A stretch of DNA of 61,993 bases, filler included, from Dugesia japonica (GCA_001938525.1; 6 parts of 6 records of this genome joined end to end with filler, not necessarily neighbours in it); one strand, 5' to 3'. Positions 47,301 to 61,993 are shown, counted from the first letter of the whole stretch. A program made the numbers and translations. The notes: a model not told the origin generated them from the letters alone.

Positions 47301-50300
47301 GCTGATAATTTTACCAAGAAATTAATATACAGTTCATATAAATTAAAAGTAGCCGTNAAAAAATATGAAATCAAAATTCAATGAAATTTTTGACAAAAAT
47401 ATATAAAATTATACTCCATAATTCTAATGAAATTATTTTCAAATATTTTTTAAAAATCTTTAAAAACTAGTTTTAAAATATTAAAAATATATAAAGTTTG
47501 ATTGTTTATGGGAAATTAAAAAAAGCAATTCATTTCATAGAAATTTTATTATTGCTTTATTAAAATATTTATAACATTCTAATAAAATCAAAATCATATA
47601 ACAATCAAATGCAAAATATGAAAATCGATTTTAAATAAATAATTTCGTTAACTTGGAAATAAATATCAACCAAGTACTCAAAATTCATGTTACTTTATTA
47701 AATTCAAATATATTTAATTAAATTTAGATTAAGCACATGAAATCACACTATCAAAAAGTTCAAAAATACTTATTAAAACCGTAATTTATTTTAACATCTA
47801 TATTTATTGGCTAAATTAAAACTCACTATTCGATGATTCATATGTTCAGTTCGATATCATAATCTTTAATTTTATAGTTNNNNNNNNNNNNNNNNNNNNN
47901 NNNNNNNNNNNNNNNNNNNNNNNNNNNNNNNNNNNNNNNNNNNNNNNNNNNNNNNNNNNNNNNNNNNNNNNNNNNNNNNNNNNNNNNNNNNNNNNNNNNN
48001 NNNNNNNNNNNTTTCAATTTTCAACAGCTTTTGAATATTTCATGACATAAATTACCTTACAAAACAAATTATCGATTAGTGTGCTTTCAGTCTACTGTAA
48101 TATTGCTAAAAGATCATTATTATATATTTAAATGAAACAATTTTAATAATTTAATTTTATTTATCTAATCTTCTGTTGCCAAAAAAGAGAAATTATCATA
48201 ATTTCCAATTTTGCTAGTATAAATTTTAATATTAATTGATAATTTTTTTCGCAATTTCAACACCAAAAAATACAAAGTACCTAATCTAACAATCAAATTC
48301 ACTTTAAAAAATTAGTAATAAATTGTTAGGAGTGAAGATTAATTAGATAAAATATTGGAATAATGATTTTCAACACTTCATTTTAAAATGATATAACGAA
48401 GATTCGTTGTTTTGTTGTGCAATGGTATGTCAAGTAAACCAAGTTTAGAAAAAATGATAGATAAATTTCTTATTTTCACCAAATTACACTAATTTCTAAA
48501 AATATTTAGAAAAAAATCATAATAAGAAAAGATTTATTTTCATATAAAAATTATTTTTNTAAAATTAAGTATAATAGTGGATATCTTTATATAATCAAGT
48601 ATGTAAAACATGATTCTAACATTTTATATTACTTCATAAAGCGCGTAAATAAGCATAATAACTGTTGTTCAAATGTCTATTTTGTTGGAAAGTAAACGTA
48701 ATAATCAAGTTACTCTAATTTAGCAAATATAGTTAACCTAATTATCGAAAATGCTAAATTCAATTTCTGATTTATTTTTCAGTTCTACATATTTTTTTAA
48801 AGCTTCATTCTGATATTTTATTTTTGTGATAAATAATCAATAATTTATGGAATATAACTTAAAACCCAATGGAGATTGTATTTGAATATAATCGGTAACA
48901 AATCATTAAAATAGAACAGTGGCAATTAATAAATTTGGTTTGATTCTCGATAAAAAAAAAGGATATTGTATCAAGTAAAGTAAAAAGTTATCGAAAAGTA
49001 ATTTACAATTTTCCGATAGGTCGTATGAAATAAGTTTTTTATTTAGTCTAGAAATACTCATCACTAAAAATAAGAAAGCTATTTTGTAATTATTGTAAAA
49101 AAAAATTAAAGCATCAAAATATTCTAGAAAAAAAATTAAAATTAAAAACTAACAATAAAATTAGAAATTTATTAACCTTACTAATTGAATGCAAACAGCC
49201 AAAAGATTTTGTAAAATTATTTTTAATTCTGAAAATTTGGAAAAATAAGTTTAAAATAAATCTTTATGGTCTTTTTAATTAAAATAAATACTTTCTTAAT
49301 AAAAGTTTAACTATGGTAATAGCAATTAATCATAAGCAGAAATATCAACAAAGTAGTCAAATAAAATTTTAAATAGTAAAATTAAATACTGATTGATGTA
49401 TGTAAAATAATACGAAAAATTATAAAATAATTAACANNNNNNNNNNNNNNNNNNNNNNNNNNNNNNNNNNNNNNNNNNNNNNNNNNNNNAAACAACATAA
49501 ACAGTTATAAACTAATCTTAAAAGAAATATTGCATCTATTTATAAAATTTACCCGTAGAGAAAGCAAACAAATACCTCTAGGCAAAAAAAAACAAGTCGC
49601 TTGAATTTTTAATTAAGATTTTCATAAAAATTAATATTGAAAGAAGTAATCTGTTATGTTGAATTTTTAACGAGCAATTAGCTGAAATATTAAAATGTGC
49701 ACTTAGATGTGTCATTTGTTGTTAATGTACTTAAATGTAAAAGAACATGATATTATAAAATAACATTTACCTAACCACATAAATATACTATAATCATAAA
49801 ATATTTTTGTAAATACAAAATTTCATCAAATATAATCAACTTTTTAAAATTATAATTTGAAATTTTTATCAAAAAATATATTGTCGATAAGTAAATCAGG
49901 TTTTAATTTAAATGATTAACTATATTCTAAAAATTTTCATGTTTTCTAGAATTCTTAACTAATTAAGAGTCGAATTATCCCCCTAAACCGATCCAAAAAT
50001 GACACTTTTTTTCATACAACAATGAAAACCTTTTACTATTTACATCTAGACGATTACATTATAATGACAAGTATAAGTTTTGTGAGCAAAGCCTGGGATA
50101 TACAAAATCAAAACTTCAAGTTAAAACTTCATACAAACGAAACTGATAATTGGTAATTTTTATAAATTTTATTTTAAATTTATATTTTTTATAATATAAA
50201 AACAATAAAAGATAGATAAAACTTTAAAAATTCAAGATAAATCTAGTCAAGTTATTGATTTTTCAACATATTAAAAATACATTAATTTTAAATTTATTTT

Positions 50301-51138
50301 TAGAAATATCTTGGAAATTATCCCGAAAAGATTTAATCTCGGAAACTATTCAAATTTTCTATTTCTTTTCCGAAGATAACAAGGAATATCTATAAATCTT
50401 TTATTTATTTATTTTAATAAACAAAATTAATATTACAAGATGTACTAAATATATTTAACAATTAAAATGGTATCCAATAACCTTCCTATTATGTACGCAA
50501 TATGTATGCAATCGGATACAAGATTTAAATACTATTAATTTTATTTTTTTCTAGATATATTAGACATACTGTAACAAACTAATAATATGAAAGAGACTGT
50601 TGAACATATTGAATCAATAATTTTAATACAGCGAACTCTAATTCAAGAAAACATCAGCGGGNCCGGCTGTATAAGTNGAGTTTCTTTTTAAGCAGAATAT
50701 TTTGTATGGGAAATTTTGAAATNAAAAAATTGAACAGAAAAAAATTCTCTTTAAGCGTGCTTTCGTTTCTCTTTAAGAGTATTAATTTTAAACGGAAGTT
50801 ACTGTATATATTCTTTGAATAGCATATCTTAACTTTTATATTTAAAAATAACTTATGTTTAAGATATTACTACAGTAATATCCCACCATTATGATCGAAA
50901 TGATCTAAAAATAAATAAAACTTTTGACCTTCTTTATCTTCATTGGTATTTCAGGGAATTAACAAAGTTACAAGCAAATAAATAAATAATTTTAAGAAAT
51001 GTGTTAAAAGGATTACTTTCAAATGATTTTACAGCATTCATTTAGAAAAGACGTTCTTAACCGGTGGAGTGTACCGATTTTGGAGGGAAATATGAATTTA
51101 AACTGTGTTTTTACTAAAAAAAATTAATTTAATATATA

Positions 51139-52677
51139 CATAGTGTGACAATAAAGTTTTAAAACTGGGTCTGTAAAATCAAACGAAAACAAAATATAAC
51201 ATTTTATTGTTTTATTTATTCAAAATAATCCCCTCCGGCTTCAATGTATCTGTTACACCGATTTAATAAAGATTAAAATGTCTGTTCCAGTTGATGTTGA
51301 GGTATATTCTCTAAAATGCGTGTAGAAAATGTTTTTATGGTTGTAACGTCATAAAAAATAAAACCATTTAAATTTTATTTTAAGTTTCGGGAATAAGGAG
51401 AAATCAAAAGGGGCTAAGACAGGCGAATATGATGGATGATTCAACACAAATTGAATGTTTGAATGATTGGTGTTTGATTGGGTGCCGTATTGTGCATCAA
51501 ATACCTACTGTTTCCATCGCGATATTCAGGACGAATACAATGAATTCTGGATATAAAACGTTTGGCAACTTCTACATAATATAAGGATGTAATTGTAACA
51601 GATATTACAATAACAGAGATTACAACTTCGAAATAATATTAGGCTGTAATCATTTATCCAAGTAGTGCAAATTATTTGTAAAAAATACCGTCACTATCGA
51701 AGAAAACGATGAGTATTGTTTTGCTTTTTGATAGCACTTTTCTTATTTTATTGAATTGAGGTGAGTCCCGTGTCTTTCTTTGTCTTTTAGTTTTTGGATC
51801 ATATTGAAAGCACCATGTATCATCACTTGTTACAGTAGATACCGGGAAATTAACATCATTTCTAGCAGCTGAAATGATGTCTTTGCAATTTTCAATTCTA
51901 TTGGATTTTTGTTCGTTGATTAGGTAGAGCGGAACAAATTTATTTGTTTTCAAAAACTGGTGTAAAATTGTTCGGATTACTTTTGTTGACCGTCAGAGCC
52001 TTTTCTATCATTATCAATGACGCACAACGAATTTTTCCTGTGATCAACATGAAATTGACCATCCCGTACTTTTATCGTCTTCCAAGAAACGTCTGTCACA
52101 AAAAAATATTTGACCTGCTTAAACAAAGATCACCCTAAACTTGATGAATCAATTGGAATGCTTTAGATGCACTTTTTCCAAGTTTGGCATTAAATTTAAT
52201 AACAGGTCTTTGTTCCATCTTAAATTTTCAACATGAAAAAAATTGTTCGCATGTAAAACATGTTATATCTCTGGACATTGGTTATTTATTGATTTGAATT
52301 TTCGATTGCTAATAGATTCGCGCTTTAATATTTATATTTGATTTCATATATACAGGGAGTTAGTTAAACATGAGACAAAAATTTAAGGGATTATTCCTTG
52401 GATGTTTATACATATAAATATATCATTATATCTTTTCAAAATGATTTGTTTATTGTAAATAAATCTTATGCGTATTGAAATTGTTTGTGTTTTTAAAATC
52501 TTTAAATGTGTATCTTTGAAACGAGACGACCTAGAAAAAAGTGTTACTATATAATTATTCATAAAATAAGGCAAGGAATAATTCCTTAAATTTTTGCCCC
52601 ATGTTTAACTAACACCTTGAATGTACACTGACAGCTTAGATATAGTGTCAATCTTAAAACTTAATTGTCACACTATG
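51139..52677 (-). mobile_element. Full-length degenerate mariner element with nested MITE
   Basis: TIRs CATAGTGTGACAATAAAGTTTTAA / TTAAAACTTAATTGTCACACTATG, both flanked by TA. Transposase remnant 52218-51216 (MEQRPVIKFNAKLGKS...VTSDDTWCFQYDP...GDYFE*). Confidence 0.9.
52353..52619. mobile_element. Tc1/mariner-type MITE (~270 nt)
   Basis: ~47-nt TIRs CAGGGAGTTAGTTAAACATGAGACAAAAATTTAAGGGAATTATTCCTTG / CAAGGAATAATTCCTTAAATTTTTGCCCCATGTTTAACTAACACCTTG; TA on the left. Confidence 0.85.
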
Positions 52678-53152
52678 TATGTACATTTTAAAAATATTGA
52701 AATTGAATATTTCCAAATTACTGTATTATTATTACTGAAAGAAAGCAAAAACAATCATCTCATAAATGCAGACCTAGATATTTTTTTAAAAAATTGTGTT
52801 CTAATTGTGATGTAATAGCGTCAAAAGTAAATTTATATTTAATATATATTAAATATATTTCGATTTGTTTTTATTGTTAGTAAATATGTTAGATGGACAA
52901 ACTAAATTAAATTTTAGAAGAAGCATGAGTGTAAAAGGTTAAGAATCCCTGCTTATATTCACTATAAAGATTTGTATTTTTGTGATAATTTTTTTAACTG
53001 TTCCACAATTATTACAATAAATTTTTTTATAAGTAAACGACAGAATAATATCTGATCATGTGAAAATGACATCAAAATATTGTGTGATAATTAACTCAAA
53101 TCATATACATTGGTATTTAAAGTAATTCGTTTTTACAAGAAATTTAATAAAT

Positions 53153-53252
53153 NNNNNNNNNNNNNNNNNNNNNNNNNNNNNNNNNNNNNNNNNNNNTTAA
53201 TTAATTAANNNNNNNNNNNNNNNNNNNNNNNNNNNNNNNNNNNNNNNNNNNN
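53153..53252. other. Artificial contig-joining spacer
   Basis: N44-TTAATTAATTAA-N44. Confidence 0.95.
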
Positions 53253-55285
53253 TTAATGAATCAATGCTTAATAAAAATTTTCTATTATAAATTAAACATT
53301 AATTAAAAAATACATGTGAAATCTAATTTGATTTTAAAAATATTTAAAAATTTCATCAATAATTAATAAACATTTTCTATTATAATTTTAATTTAACCAT
53401 AAAAATATATAAACGAAATCTAATTTATTTATAACATTACCTTTAAAAATTTATTCAAAACATAGTTCAATTTACTAACAAAAGCATAGTTTTAATTAAA
53501 TTACACATTGAAAATTAATTAATTCACCATACTTAATTTAATCATTCAAATATATGGATTATTTTCAATAAATGATTATAAATTATATCAATGAATCAAT
53601 TTTAATAAATAATTCATATTATAAATTAGCCTTTAATTAAATTTTAACGATAAAATAGAACACTAATTAAAATACACATGAAATCTAATTGAATTTCAAA
53701 ATTATAAGTAAAAATATGGAACATGTTAAATAATTAAATCCCAATTAAACAGTACTTTTATCACTAGTGATGAGTAAAGACCTGCAAAGAGGGAGAAAAC
53801 CATTGATAACTAAAACATCAGTGCACAGTGAGCAGAGTATTATTAACTGAACACTATTGAACAGCTAGCATAGTTTGGATCTCTGAGAACTAGTCTACAG
53901 AGTGCACAGTATTGTTGTCTGAGGATTGGTGTGGAGTAAAATTTGAATGAATAGGCGAAAAATTTTCGATCGAACAGACACTTTCTTAACCTATTTAAGA
54001 AGGAAAAAATTTTCGAAAAATTTTGTTTGTGAAAAATGATCGCCGTAAAATTCTCAGCAGTGTAATAGCTTAGAAAATAAAAATATAAAAACTGAAATTC
54101 AAAAGCTCAAAATAAATTAAAACATATCAATTGTAAATTTAAATGTATATAATACTGTAAATGAAATTGTAAAAATAAATTATGTAAAAAATACAGAATC
54201 AGTATGAATAATGAAACGAACAATTGATTTATGATAAAGGGTGTATCTAAAAGAAAAACATAGTATGATAATAAATATCAATATATAATTTTAAAATGAA
54301 GTCTAAGCACCACAAATCATCGTAAATAATGTGAAATTATTTTTGTAGATGAGNNNNNNNNNNNNNNNNNNNNNNNNNNNNNNNNNNNNNNNNNNNNNNN
54401 NNNNNNNNNNNNNNNNNNNNNNNNNNNNNNNNNNNNNNNNNNNNNNNNNNNNNNNNNNNNNNNNNNNNNNNNNNNNNNNNNNNNNNNNNNNNNNNNNNNN
54501 NNNNNNNNNNNNNNNNNNNNNNNNNNNNNNNNNNNNNNNGTGACCAAATCATTTGATTGGAAATTTACTTTATGAATTTTATTTGACGAAGTATTTTATT
54601 GGAGGACCTTTGTAAAAGTCAACATTGAGTATGCTATGATTTTATTTGTTGTTGTAATATTTTTTGTGTGTGTTAGGTATAACAACTCAACAAAAGACTT
54701 TATGGTTCGTATAAAATATAATTAAGATTTTATGGGTGTTAAAATTTTATCTTTTATATGTGTGTTGATACGGTATTATATAAGTGATATATGACAATAA
54801 ATAAACTGTAAATAAACTGATATAGTGTGTTATCCTATATAAATAAATCAAATAAGTTTTTCAATATACCTTTTAATATTTTTGGTATATAACAAATAAC
54901 TTTACAATAAGTCAATAAAACTTATAGCGCTAAATTTAATTATCTGAAGTACTGCCTCACTTAGAGTTCGGAGCCTTCAGTAATTGAATTGTCTGAATTA
55001 CAATAAAAATTGATTAGTATTTATACTAATCTTACACAAGTAGGTTTGATACACCTACATTAAAATTTTCAAAAACTAGCTTTACATTTACAATAAAATT
55101 TTTATTCATTCAAACACTTTTCACAAAATTAATTGTTTTAACATAAATTTTTATATAAAAATTACTTTACAATAAAATAAAATAAAATTAATTCAATGAA
55201 TTAAAAACAAAATAAATACAATATTTATAAAATCAAATAAATAAAATGTTCAATTCAAAGAGATTAAATGAATTGTTCAAATAGA

Positions 55286-55550
55286 TTAATAAGTCAGATA
55301 AACAATGTTCAAATAAATTAATAAGTCAGATAAACAATAGATCAATTTTGAATTGGCTCTGCTTTGGGAAATTGTTTCGAATAGGATAAATAATAGATCA
55401 ATTTTGAATTGGCTCTGCTTTGGGAAATTGTTTTGAATAGGATCAAATTTGGATTGGCTCTGCTTGATACATGCTGAGTTGTGTGTAATGTTTTGCATGT
55501 TGTGTGCAATGTTTTGCATGTTGTGTGCAATGTTTTGCATGTTGTGTGTA
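55286..55550. repeat. Compound tandem repeats (~32-nt x2, ~56-nt x2.5, 21-nt x3)
   Basis: Units TTAATAAGTCAGATAAACAAT; GATCAATTTTGAATTGGCTCTGCTTTGGGAAATTGTTT; GTTGTGTGCAATGTTTTGCAT. Confidence 0.9.
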
Positions 55551-56059
55551 ACTCAAACTCAACATGTGAATTTTGAAAAGTCAATATGTACGTGTGCGTA
55601 AAATATGCTATAAATATAGTTTCAGTTTTGCATGAAANNNNNNNNNNNNNNNNNNNNNNNNNNNNNNNNNNNNNNNNNNNNNNNNNNNNNNNNNNNNNNN
55701 NNNNNNNNNNNNNNNNNNNNNNNNNNNNNNNNNNNNNNNNNNNNNNNNNNNNNNNNNNNNNNNNNNNNNNNNNNNNNNNNNNNNNNNNNNNNNNNNNNNN
55801 NNNNGCTCAAGTGTCGTGTTTACCCCGACAGCAGTTTGATATAAAAATCTTTGAAATCTGAGATATAGAACATATTTTTTCACAAATTTAGACTGTTCAT
55901 CCAGACTCCCATAAAAATTTCATTTAAAAATTTTAAATTTTCATATTATTTAAACAAGATGAAGGGTTTGCCAGGAATCCTATAAAACATTCCCAGGAAC
56001 AATTTTTAAAAAAAAATTTGAAAATTTAGACAAATTCATCATTTCACACGAATGTCCTT

Positions 56060-56800
56060 AAAATTCAACCGAAACTGACCAGCCCGAGAAAATGATCATT
56101 CAAATTCTCCTAAAACTTACCCTTGTAACGAAATAATTTTCCAAATCGTCCAAAACTAACCCAAATTATCCATTCCCGAGTAAATAATTGACCGAATTCA
56201 CATAAAAATTACCCCTGTGAGCAAATAACTAACCAAGTTTTTCCATACTAAGTAAATAATTGACCAACAGTAACCAAACCGAGTAAATAATTCACCAAAT
56301 TGTCCAAAACTGACCCAAACTAACCATTCCTTTAGAAAATTTCAGCCTAATCGACTACAAATTAACCAAATTAACCATTACCGAGGAAATAATTTACCAA
56401 AATTGTTCAAAACTGACCCAAATTTGACTAATCCCGATGAAAAATTCAACCAAATCACTTAAAAATTTTACCATATTTAATTTCACCGAAAAAATTTTCA
56501 ACCAATTTTACCTATATCACCCAAAAAAGTACCCAAACCGTGCCACCGCGAGGAAACATTGGACCAAATCACCCAAAAATTAACCAAACCTGAAGACAAA
56601 TTCATTAGAAACGTCCCAAAATTACCAAAACCGAGGAAATATTCGACCAAATCAACCAAAAATGACCTAAAACCGACCAAGTTTACCCAAGCTGATCAAA
56701 CCCGAAGAAATATTCGACCAAATTCACCTGAACCAATCAAAAATTGACCTCATTCGACCTCGCCGAATAAATTCCCAACTAAAAAGCCTAAAAAAATTTT
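56060..56800. repeat. Degenerate A/C-rich minisatellite
   Basis: Recurrent AAAACTGACCCAAA..CCATTCCCGAGTAAATAATTGACCAAAT units. Confidence 0.75.
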
Positions 56801-57569
56801 CCAACTAATACATTTGAAAAAATTCAAAAACAGTTAATCCTGTTACGTAAAATTTCACCGATTAAATTAATCTAATGAAATAATTTGTGTGCAAAATTTT
56901 TTCCCAACTAAATATACAGGGAAAATTTGAAGAACAGAAACGTAATATTACCTATTATGATGCAATTTTTTAAATTCCCAACTAAATGCATTAGGACTAT
57001 GTTTCGTTACATCACTAATCCTGGGGGGTACTGCATGTGTGCTGTTCTTTACCGCCACTATCTATCTTCTTCTTCATTTGGATACAATTCAGTTATTTTA
57101 TTTATGAGCATTATTTTATTATTACGTTTCCTTAATTCGTTTTATTTTATTTCGAAGCAATACTTTCACTATCATTAATTATTTCTTTTGAGTAATTAAT
57201 TAATCCTTTCGTTTAATTTTGATATTTATTTATTGAGCATTTATTTGTATGTTTCTTTATTTATATTTTATTTCTTTAAGTAATTATTTTTCCTTCAAAT
57301 ATCATCATTTCTGCATCCGATTTATTTGACCATTTGATTCTCATAATCAGTTCATGTTATTGCTTCTTTTATTGGTTAATTTTTATTTTTCTAAACTCGG
57401 GTCTGTTCCAGCCCAACAGCTATAAGAAAGGAAATTTTTTAATCTTAATATTAAACATCTTATCAAAGTCAGCATTATTTATCTTTTATCATATCTTTTA
57501 TCAGCATCTTTTATCATAAACTAAGTTGATAAAAGAATTTATTGATAAAAGTTATAAACAAATTATTAT

Positions 57570-58030
57570 GGTCAAACCTTTTGCCGACAAGAGCTGAATA
57601 AAAGAAACACATAATCTCGAGAGCAGCAATTAGAGAAATAGGAGCAATTAAGAACTTTCGTAAACCAAAATGTGTTAAGAAAATTAGAAGCTTTTTGGGA
57701 ATTTGCAATTACTATCGAAAGTTTATTAAAGATTATTCAAAGAAAGCTAGATTGCTGGAAAAGCTGTGTAGTGGGCCAAGTAACAAGAAAATTGAATGGG
57801 CAAATGAATTAGAAGAAGTTTTTAATGGAATGAAAGAAGCACTAATGATGTCTCCAATATTATGTTTACCAGATATAAATAGAGGATTTATTTTAGACAC
57901 GGATGCGAGTTTCGATACGATTGGGCAGTACTATCTCAAAAGGACAACAATGGTCAAGAAAGAGTAATTGCATATGGGTCACACACAATGACGAGTCATG
58001 AGAAAGGATATTGCAAAGGAAAGAATTGTT
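57570..58030 (+). pseudogene. Ty3/gypsy RT thumb/RNase H fragment
   Basis: IRSFLGICNYYRKFIKDYS, PILCLPD and FILDTDAS motifs. Confidence 0.9.
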
Positions 58031-58999
58031 TGATATTTAAAATTCACTTTTATAATTTATTTTAAAAAATACATACTTATTTACTTTTTATCAAATTTTA
58101 TATACATTAAAAATAATCAGAAAATATTTATCATTTACTGGTAGATCTAACTATTGTATTAAATTTTTTAAACTAAATTTTTGCCAGACTGATATTTTTT
58201 CGGCATTTAATAGAGCCGCATTTAACACACAGAAGGGCAACAATTTGCCAACTATAGTTATAACTGAATTATTTAGGTTTTGTATGGTTAAATTATTGTT
58301 TTTAGAGTAATAGGAAAAACAATAAACACTTGATGAATATCATGTGGCAAATAGAAATCTTCATTCGTGAACATTAAAAATTTCATGAAATTATCATCTA
58401 AAACTAATAATATGTATCTTTTTAATAATATAGTAAAATAGCAGAAATATTTATAATCAAATTATTGATTATTTTAATTAATGTTTATAAATTATTAATA
58501 AATCTAAATTTGAAACGAAAACCGGATTATAATTATACATCGCCATATGAAACTATTCTTTGCTATCTAATTAGTATATTTAAATTAATATAGCTGTTAT
58601 TTAATAGAAAATACTAACGAAATTTAATGTTAAACAAGCATCATTAATTTGACATCATTAATTAAACGACAAACTTTTTGTACACACACTTTAATGCAAA
58701 TTATTATCAATGGCTTAATTCTATTTAATAAACTACTATACTGGATTAAATCAATAAAGCGATAAATATATCCGAAAAGTTGGGTAAGATATTTTTTAGA
58801 TAATATAATTTTAATATCGAATGAAAAATAACATTTATATATTTTTTCAATTATTTTATGTAATATTTTAATTTAATTGATAACAATTTTGCATTTAAAT
58901 GTGTATCAAATTATTTTTCTTGTTAATAATCGAATTTAAATAATGAAATTTAATTTCCTGTTTTGTATGAATAGTTATCTATATTTTATCTTTATTAAT

Positions 59000-59460
59000 T
59001 TCTCATGACGCATCATTCGGGAAAAACTGATGTAGAGTTACCAAAAAATATTGCTGTTTTAAAGTAGATAAATATGTAATTAATGTATTTTAAAATTATT
59101 TAAAGAAATTTTAATCTTTAAATTCAAAATTGTGGAATCATTCGAATATTAATTGTATACTGTTATGGAAATAAAAATGTAATAAATATTTTTCTTTTTT
59201 GCGACTATGGTATGCAATGAATTCTAAATGACAGATATTCACACAGCAAATGCATGGGACATGAAGATTTGTGTTTAGAAATATGGAAGTGGCAAGAAAA
59301 GACATCACTTTTACTAACTCAGAATACGTGCTTGTTTCTTGATGATTTTTGCTTGATATGATGAAAAAGTCTTTGAAAAATCTGTTGTCAACTTTGAGAA
59401 ACCATTTTCAAAGAATCGTTGATAATGGTGGAAATTATTTGAGAATGATGAAATTTGTGA
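59000..59460 (+). pseudogene. Mariner-like transposase remnant
   Basis: Ends FQRIVDNGGNYFE (mariner C-terminal GxYFE motif); otherwise highly decayed. Confidence 0.5.
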
Positions 59461-59559
59461 ATAAAGAACTTTATTAAAAATTTGTTATAATAATTTTAAA
59501 ATACATTAATTCCATTTGTACTTAAATTTATATACATTCACTTTAAGACGGCAATATTT

Positions 59560-60760
59560 TCTGGGTACCCCTATAATTTTATATTTGTAAACTCATTAGT
59601 TTTAATTCTTTTTAAATTCATATATCTGAACGCAGTATGAGCTCGCATATAGAGTCTGTAAATTTCCTTGATATATATAGCTTTGTCTGATAATTTTTTA
59701 ACNNNNNAATTTAATTTGTTCAATTCCCATTTGAAGGACCTGAAAATGTCATCGATATTGTAAGTGATTACTATGAAAGATACAAAGAATATATAGATAT
59801 TATAGAAATCACTCAAAATGATTTCAAATGTCTTATCAATTTGCGTCTCTTCTCTGATAGTATTTTTATCAGTGAACAACTTTTTAAACAAAATAGTGGT
59901 TTTGCAATGGGTAATAATTTGTCTCCTATTCTGGCGATAATTTTTATGAACTTCATTTAAAGTAAAATAATTCTCAAAGCTAAGAAAATTCATCTATGGT
60001 TTCGATACATAAATGATATTTTCTTTGTTACTAATTCTCCTTTAGAGAATATTTTGGAATTAGCCAATAGTATTAATGATAACATTAAATTCACTTTACA
60101 GAAGTCAATTGACTTTCAGATTTATTTTCTGGACACTTTATCCAAAGTAAACCTGGTGAAATATTAACTACCCAATTATATATGAAACCATTGAAACAGT
60201 GGACATATATTACCTTGGAGTAGTAATACTAACATCAGACAGAAAATTGGAATAATCAAGAGTGAAAGAATAAGAGCTGAAAGGCTATCTTGAAATGAAG
60301 AAATGAGATTGATTTCTCTCAGGTTGATAAAAAATAAATCCTTAAATAATAGCTATCTAAATAAAATTGTATCTAAGTATTTATTCTCGAATACAAAATT
60401 TAATAAAATCCAACAAAAGACAAACACAATAAATAAATTACATTTTATTAATGAGAAATGTAGACAAATCATGTAAAATATAATTTTAAAAAATCCAAAT
60501 TCAAACGTAATCCAAGAGTTATATTCAAAACGCAAGCATCTCTGGGTATCCAATTACAGAAACCAAGACAAACTCTTTCTGGTCCCAAATGCATTTGTGA
60601 TGGTAGAAATATATGCAATAAGAAAAATATCACTTATAAAATAACATGCACCATTTGTCAAGAAACATATATAGGTGAAACATGCAGAACTATCCGAACA
60701 TGAATTAAGGAACATCTCAAACTGAAAGAAAGTGAAGTCTTCAAACACTTCCAACACAAA
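59560..60760 (+). pseudogene. Penelope-like element: RT + GIY-YIG endonuclease, degenerate
   Basis: FKQNSGFAMGNNLSPILAIIFM, WFRYINDIF, IKFT..FLD; CTICQETYIGETCRTIRT*IKEH. Confidence 0.88.
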
Positions 60761-61993
60761 AATAATATTTCACCAGAAAAAAAATCATATGACANNNNNN
60801 NNNNNNNNNNNNNNNNNNNNNNNNNNNNNNNNNNNNNNNNNNNNNNNNNNNNNNNNNNNNNNNNNNNNNNNNNNNNNNNNNNNNNNNNNNNNNNNNNNNN
60901 NNNNNNNNNNNNNNNNNNNNNNNNNNNNNNNNNNNNNNNNNNNNNNNNNNNNNNNNNNNNNNNNNNNNNNNNNNNNNNNNNNNNNNNNNNNNNNNNNNNN
61001 AAATTTTAAAAAATTAATGTAATTTAAATTTGTATTTATATCAATCAAAACATAAATGAAACATTAAACATTTATAAAAAATAATTAAAACCAAATAAAA
61101 ACATAAATAAAATATAATACTTAAATAAATAAATTTAAAAAATTTTTAAAATAGTTTAAAAAAATATAATATTTATTAATAAAAATTTTTTTATAGTTTC
61201 TTTTTATTTATGTAGTTTTATTAATGTAGTTTATGATGATAATAATTAAAATAAACTTTTATAAATTGAAAAAATTTTATAAATTCAAAACAATACAATT
61301 TAATAATAAAACATTTAAATTTGATTATAATAACCAATAAAATTTTAATAAAATACAAACAATTGTGTATTCAATTTATATTATTGATTATATCTATCAA
61401 AAAGTTATTCTTGAAGAAGATAATATCTATAAAACAACAATTTAATTTGATCGAAGCTAGTATTTCAATGAAATCTCAAATGCGATCAATGGTTAAGTCC
61501 AATAATTATTCTCACAATAATTGTAATTGCAAAATTAATTTGTTAAGTTTCTTTACAGGTCTGATAGTGAAGAATCTAAGGGTTGAGTCGACTCTGATTA
61601 TGGATTCTAGTAACTTGTAAGAAGACTGTTTCTGAAGTAGCTGTAGAATCATAAACTTTTTATTACCACTGTAATTGATACGAAGGGTTTAATAATATTC
61701 ATAGCGATATTTTCAAAACAACACGTTTTCAACGTCCCAATTTTGCACTTCGGAAGTATTTTCCCACTTTTTAAAACTCAAGTTAACAATGTTTGTCAGA
61801 CATAATTTTTTGACACTTCATCTATCATAATTAATAAATTTGTCATTAGTATTTATTAATATCGAGAACTAAATTCAATTCAACTAAATTATATTATAAT
61901 AAAAATTGTCATTTACACATGTTATATTAATTGAGTTTGTTTTAATATCGGAATTAACGAGGCAGATTTGCTTTTGAAATTGAATAAATAAAT

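Overview
Very AT-rich, gap-rich eukaryotic (invertebrate animal) DNA. A flatworm-like host is plausible but not demonstrable from this window. The window is NOT one contiguous locus: five identical 100-nt spacers (N44-TTAATTAATTAA-N44 at 11292, 20743, 30314, 44000, 53153) join six ~9-14 kb pieces. Host genes seen are two C-terminal exons of a VPS13D-like gene (- strand, 7214-8029), three kinase-domain exons of a CaMKII gene (+, 23829-29419) and one orphan ORF (33045-33611). Most other recognisable sequence is decayed mobile DNA: Tc1/mariner, hAT, piggyBac-like, Penelope, several Ty3/gypsy fragments, and a protein-primed DNA polymerase B of Polinton/adintovirus type. The highlight is a ~9 kb, less AT-rich, decayed Ty3/gypsy-type retroelement at ~35028-43999. 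Its separate ORF calls fall into one reconstructable reading frame. The order is chuvirus-like (gB/class III-type) envelope glycoprotein FIRST, then two tandem aspartic proteases, RT, (deleted RNase H), integrase with AT-hook, and a second signal-peptide/type-I membrane protein with a PPxY late-domain motif. No recognisable gag is present. This envelope-first, single-polyprotein, two-membrane-protein layout is not the canonical gag-pol-env architecture and is the best candidate for an undescribed system.
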